Below are positions 60,912 through 64,000 of a DNA stretch of 64,000 bases, one piece after another. The notes beneath the pieces were generated by a model. The model saw only the letters and a list, made by a program, of their open reading frames with translations. It was not told the DNA's origin and ran no database searches. Within the stretch, counting starts at the first letter, position 1. Each line of letters opens with the position of its first letter. Source of the stretch: Myxococcota bacterium (GTDB lineage Bacteria; Myxococcota_A; SURF-8); contig CAXXQS010000002.1 of the NCBI GenBank assembly GCA_963674735.2, positions 256,001-320,000 on the forward strand. The letters are read 5' to 3'. A program made the position numbers and the translations under genes.

Positions 60912-62462
60912 TTACAAATTCCCGTCGATATTGAGAGTGCCGCAGTAAATGGCTTCCAAAAGCTGTTCCTGGCGCAACTGTTCGCCCCAGAGAACCGGTT
61001 TGGTCCCGTGCCAACGGCGTTCCAGAAAGTCCGTCAACATGCGCGTCCCCTGTTTCTGGCGCACGTAACCTTCGTCGTATAAAAAGCCCACGGTGCGGTA
61101 GCCGCAGAAGCCGCCCTGGCAGGAACCCATGCCGATGCGGGTGCGCAGGCGCAACGCGTTGGGGGTGATCTCCAGCCCTTCGGCATGCAGGCTCGCCGCC
61201 ACGTCGGCCACCTGTGCGCGGCCGACCATTTCACATTCGCACAGCACCTCGCCGCCCGGAGCGGGCGTTTGCAGGCGCACCAGCCGATCGGCGGCACTCA
61301 GGCTATGGCCGTCGCCGCTGCCGGGCAGGGGGTCGTGTTCGGTGCTGCAGGGCGTGCCCACGCCGAGGCGCGCCGCCACCAGATCGACCACCTTTTCAGC
61401 CATCAGGCGATAGGTGGTGAGCTTGCCGCCCGCGATGGTGGCGAAGTTGGCGAGGCCGTCCTTTTCGTGATCGAACACGGTATAACTGCGGCTGAGTGCC
61501 CGGTCGCCGGCGGCGGCATCGGTGAGCACCAGCGGTCGCACTCCGGCGTAAACGCGGATGTAGCGCGCGTCGCGCATGGCGGGCACGAGCTGGGTGGCTT
61601 CGTTCACCAGCAGATCGACCTCGGCGGCGTCGGTGTATAAATGATCGAGATTTTTCACGCGGATGGAGGTGGTACCGGTGATGGTAACCGTCTCGCCCGG
61701 CACGACGATATCGCCGTTGGAGGGCGGGCGCAGGCGATTGACCACATGGTTGACCAGCCGCGAGTTGGTGATCAACAAACTGCCTTTCGAGTAGGCGATG
61801 TTGATTTCGGCCCCGGCCAGCGCGGCGATCTGGTCCACCCAGGCTCCGGCGGCGCTGATAACCTGCTCGGTGGCGATGTCGATGCGCTCGCCGCTTTTGC
61901 GGTTCACCGCTTCGACGCTGACGATACGCCCGTTCTCGCGTCGCATGCCGACCACCTGCGTATGCAGCAACACACGCGCCCCGAGCGCCTTGGCGTGTTC
62001 GAGGTTCGCATCGGTGGCCATGAACGGATTGATCGAGGCGTCGCGCACGCGCAGGGCCGCTTTGATGCCCGGATTCAGATACGGTTCCTCCTCCAGCACG
62101 TCCTGCACGTCGGCGGACTCCACCGGCATGTCGATAGCGGCTGCGGAATTGAGGAATTGATCCACATAGGCGTCATCATCCTCGTCGAGGGCGACAAACA
62201 GGCCGTCGGTGGGCTCGATGACCGCCGAAGCCACGCGCCGCAAAATGGCGTTTTCGCGCAGGCATTCCGCCGCGCTTTCCGCGTCGTTGACCACGTAGCG
62301 GCCGCCGCTGTGCAACAGGCCGTGATTGGCGCCCGAGGCCCCGGCGTCGAAATCGCGCCGTTCGAGCAAGACGGCATCGATGCCGCGCAAGGCCAGATCG
62401 CGCAGCACACCCGCACCGGTCAGGCCGCCGCCGATTACCAAAACCTGCGTTTCAAGCTTCAT
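60912..62462 (-). CDS. glpA: anaerobic glycerol-3-phosphate dehydrogenase subunit A
   Basis: IGGGLTG; GASGANHGLLHSGGRY; GGKLTTYRLMAE; CECE; GMGSCQGGFC. Confidence 0.95.
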   Translation of the reverse strand: MKLETQVLVIGGGLTGAGVLRDLALRGIDAVLLERRDFDAGASGANHGLLHSGGRYVVNDAESAAECLRENAILRRVASAVIEPTDGLFVALDEDDDAYVDQFLNSAAAIDMPVESADVQDVLEEEPYLNPGIKAALRVRDASINPFMATDANLEHAKALGARVLLHTQVVGMRRENGRIVSVEAVNRKSGERIDIATEQVISAAGAWVDQIAALAGAEINIAYSKGSLLITNSRLVNHVVNRLRPPSNGDIVVPGETVTITGTTSIRVKNLDHLYTDAAEVDLLVNEATQLVPAMRDARYIRVYAGVRPLVLTDAAAGDRALSRSYTVFDHEKDGLANFATIAGGKLTTYRLMAEKVVDLVAARLGVGTPCSTEHDPLPGSGDGHSLSAADRLVRLQTPAPGGEVLCECEMVGRAQVADVAASLHAEGLEITPNALRLRTRIGMGSCQGGFCGYRTVGFLYDEGYVRQKQGTRMLTDFLERRWHGTKPVLWGEQLRQEQLLEAIYCGTLNIDGNL

Positions 62463-63586
62463 CGGTTTTCGTCCTTGTGATCGCCTGCTCACCTGTTTCC
62501 CGCGGTCGCTCCGGCAATCAGCACGATATAGCTGGTGTGAGGCAGGCATTAGCGCCGGGCGGGGATGGACGTATCATCACGGTTCGGCAACCCACATTTC
62601 AGCAGCCGGTGCCCGTGGAAAGAGCCGATTTTGCTTACCACTTTCCAACGTCGGACGCAACCCCTTTCGTCATTATCTTGTTGCGCCGCGTCAGAAACCC
62701 GACCGTCGCCGCCTCGTCCGGGCTGCCGGATATGCGACGCGTTTTACGCGAGATGCGCCGTTTTCCCCTTTTTGCGCTCTTCCGGTTTTCAGACGCTATC
62801 ACCATCATTCCTATTAGATTACTATAGTTGCCGTACTATGTCACACCTATCCGCTGAATTTGTCCGAAGCCGAACGACCGAAGCCGCTCCGCCGTGCCTA
62901 CGATTCAAATCCGCCAAGCTTCTATCCGATGTATTATCAGTGACTTACCGATTGTCCGATCCTGGCGACAGTCGCTTTGGGGGGAGACCCAGCGACCCTA
63001 TTTTGGCTACAATTAGCTTCATTTTATATTATATTAAATATATTACATTGTATAGCTACTCTGACATTCGCGTAAGCAACACCCTATCTCTTTGAATTTA
63101 CACGGATTTTCGCGATTCCGCCCGATGCCGTTCACACAGACCGACGAGACGCGCACTGTTTGCCTGTTTTCGATGTGATATCAAGAAGATAGAAGTCAGG
63201 CACCGAACCGAGAGCGAAGGAAGTCACCCCGGCTGGAGCGCACCCGCTAAATAATTTTCCGTGGAATTATCACCTCTTACGGGTCTTCCGCCAACCACGG
63301 CGGCCGTTCGCTCCCCTCCGGCCTTTTTGCGCGTCTTACGCGTCTTACTTGCCTATTATTTGCCTCATTCCGAACCTTTTCGTTCAGTTCGCGAGATGAC
63401 ACCTACCCCCTTTTCGGAGTCCGCATCTGGAACATTGCCAAACTCGCCCGAATGGTGTTTAATATCGGCGTCGGTTGCAAGCCGATCGTCGAAACAAGCT
63501 CGGGGGATTTCGCGGGAACCGCCGCGAGGCATCGAATACGGTCGATCTGAAAACGGTCTATGACTCAAGAAAGGTTCACCAGCATC

Positions 63587-64000
63587 ATGTCCATCTCGAC
63601 CTCGGAAACGCGCGGCCACGGCTTCGGCACCGCCCCGGTGTTTTTGGCGGCCATCAGCACGATCTTGGGCGCGATTCTGTTTTTGCGTTTCGGCTATGCC
63701 GTAGGCCACGCGGGGATTCTGGGCGCGGCGCTGGTCGTGTTGATCGGCCACGCCATCACGCTGCCGACCGGCTTGGCGGTGGCCGAAATCGCCACCAATC
63801 TCAAGGTGGAAGGCGGCGGGGAGTACTACATCATCAGCCGCAGTTTCGGCTTGAAAATCGGCGCGGCCATCGGCATTGCCCTGTATCTTTCGCAGGCGGT
63901 TTCGGTGGCGTTTTACATGCTGGCCTTTTCCGAAGCCTTTCGACCCCTGTTTCCGATGTTCGAGCAATGGCTGGGGTTTTCTCCCGACCTGCGCCTGATC
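63587..64000 (+). CDS. amino-acid permease / cation-chloride cotransporter (SLC12-like), 5' part, truncated by window end; not in ORF track
   Basis: Manual translation MSISTSETRGHGFGTAPVFLAAISTILGAILFLRFG...IATN..VEGGGEYYIISRSFG...IG...Y. Confidence 0.85.
   Translation, partial: MSISTSETRGHGFGTAPVFLAAISTILGAILFLRFGYAVGHAGILGAALVVLIGHAITLPTGLAVAEIATNLKVEGGGEYYIISRSFGLKIGAAIGIALYLSQAVSVAFYMLAFSEAFRPLFPMFEQWLGFSPDLRLI

Overview
GC-rich bacterial window, most consistent with a Myxococcota/'Deltaproteobacteria'-type anaerobe (inferred from gene order, the spdEFG2-like fusA and a DGD-repeat lipoprotein). 0.2-6.1 kb: small outer-membrane/lipoprotein/NUDIX genes, a P-loop protein and an S26-like peptidase. 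6.1-40.4 kb (minus strand): the complete core superoperon, tRNA(Thr-Tyr-Gly-Thr)-tuf-rpmG-tRNA(Trp)-secE-nusG-rplKAJL-rpoBC-rpsLG-fusA-tuf-S10-spc-alpha. 41-43 kb: groES-groEL. 43-64 kb: glnS fused to a Trbp111-like domain, a HAD phosphatase, two methyltransferases, an old yellow enzyme, an IS110 element, an arcE-arcC-arcB-like arginine operon, a Cys/Asp repeat lipoprotein, plsC, glpAB with an HdrC/CCG-type third subunit, and the start of a cation-chloride cotransporter homologue. Highlights: (1) a complete IS110 bridge-recombinase element (48755-49932) whose ends, CT core, circle-junction promoter and bridge-RNA target/donor guides can be read from the sequence. It is programmed against a GTAG-type REP palindrome, and its left end carries an unexplained inverted copy of the donor site. 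(2) Remodelled 50S proteins, including a uL15 with a tandemly duplicated globular domain and Lys-rich insertions in uL18 and uL3. (3) A probable ATP-conserving arginine synthetase pathway operon with no arginine deiminase in it.
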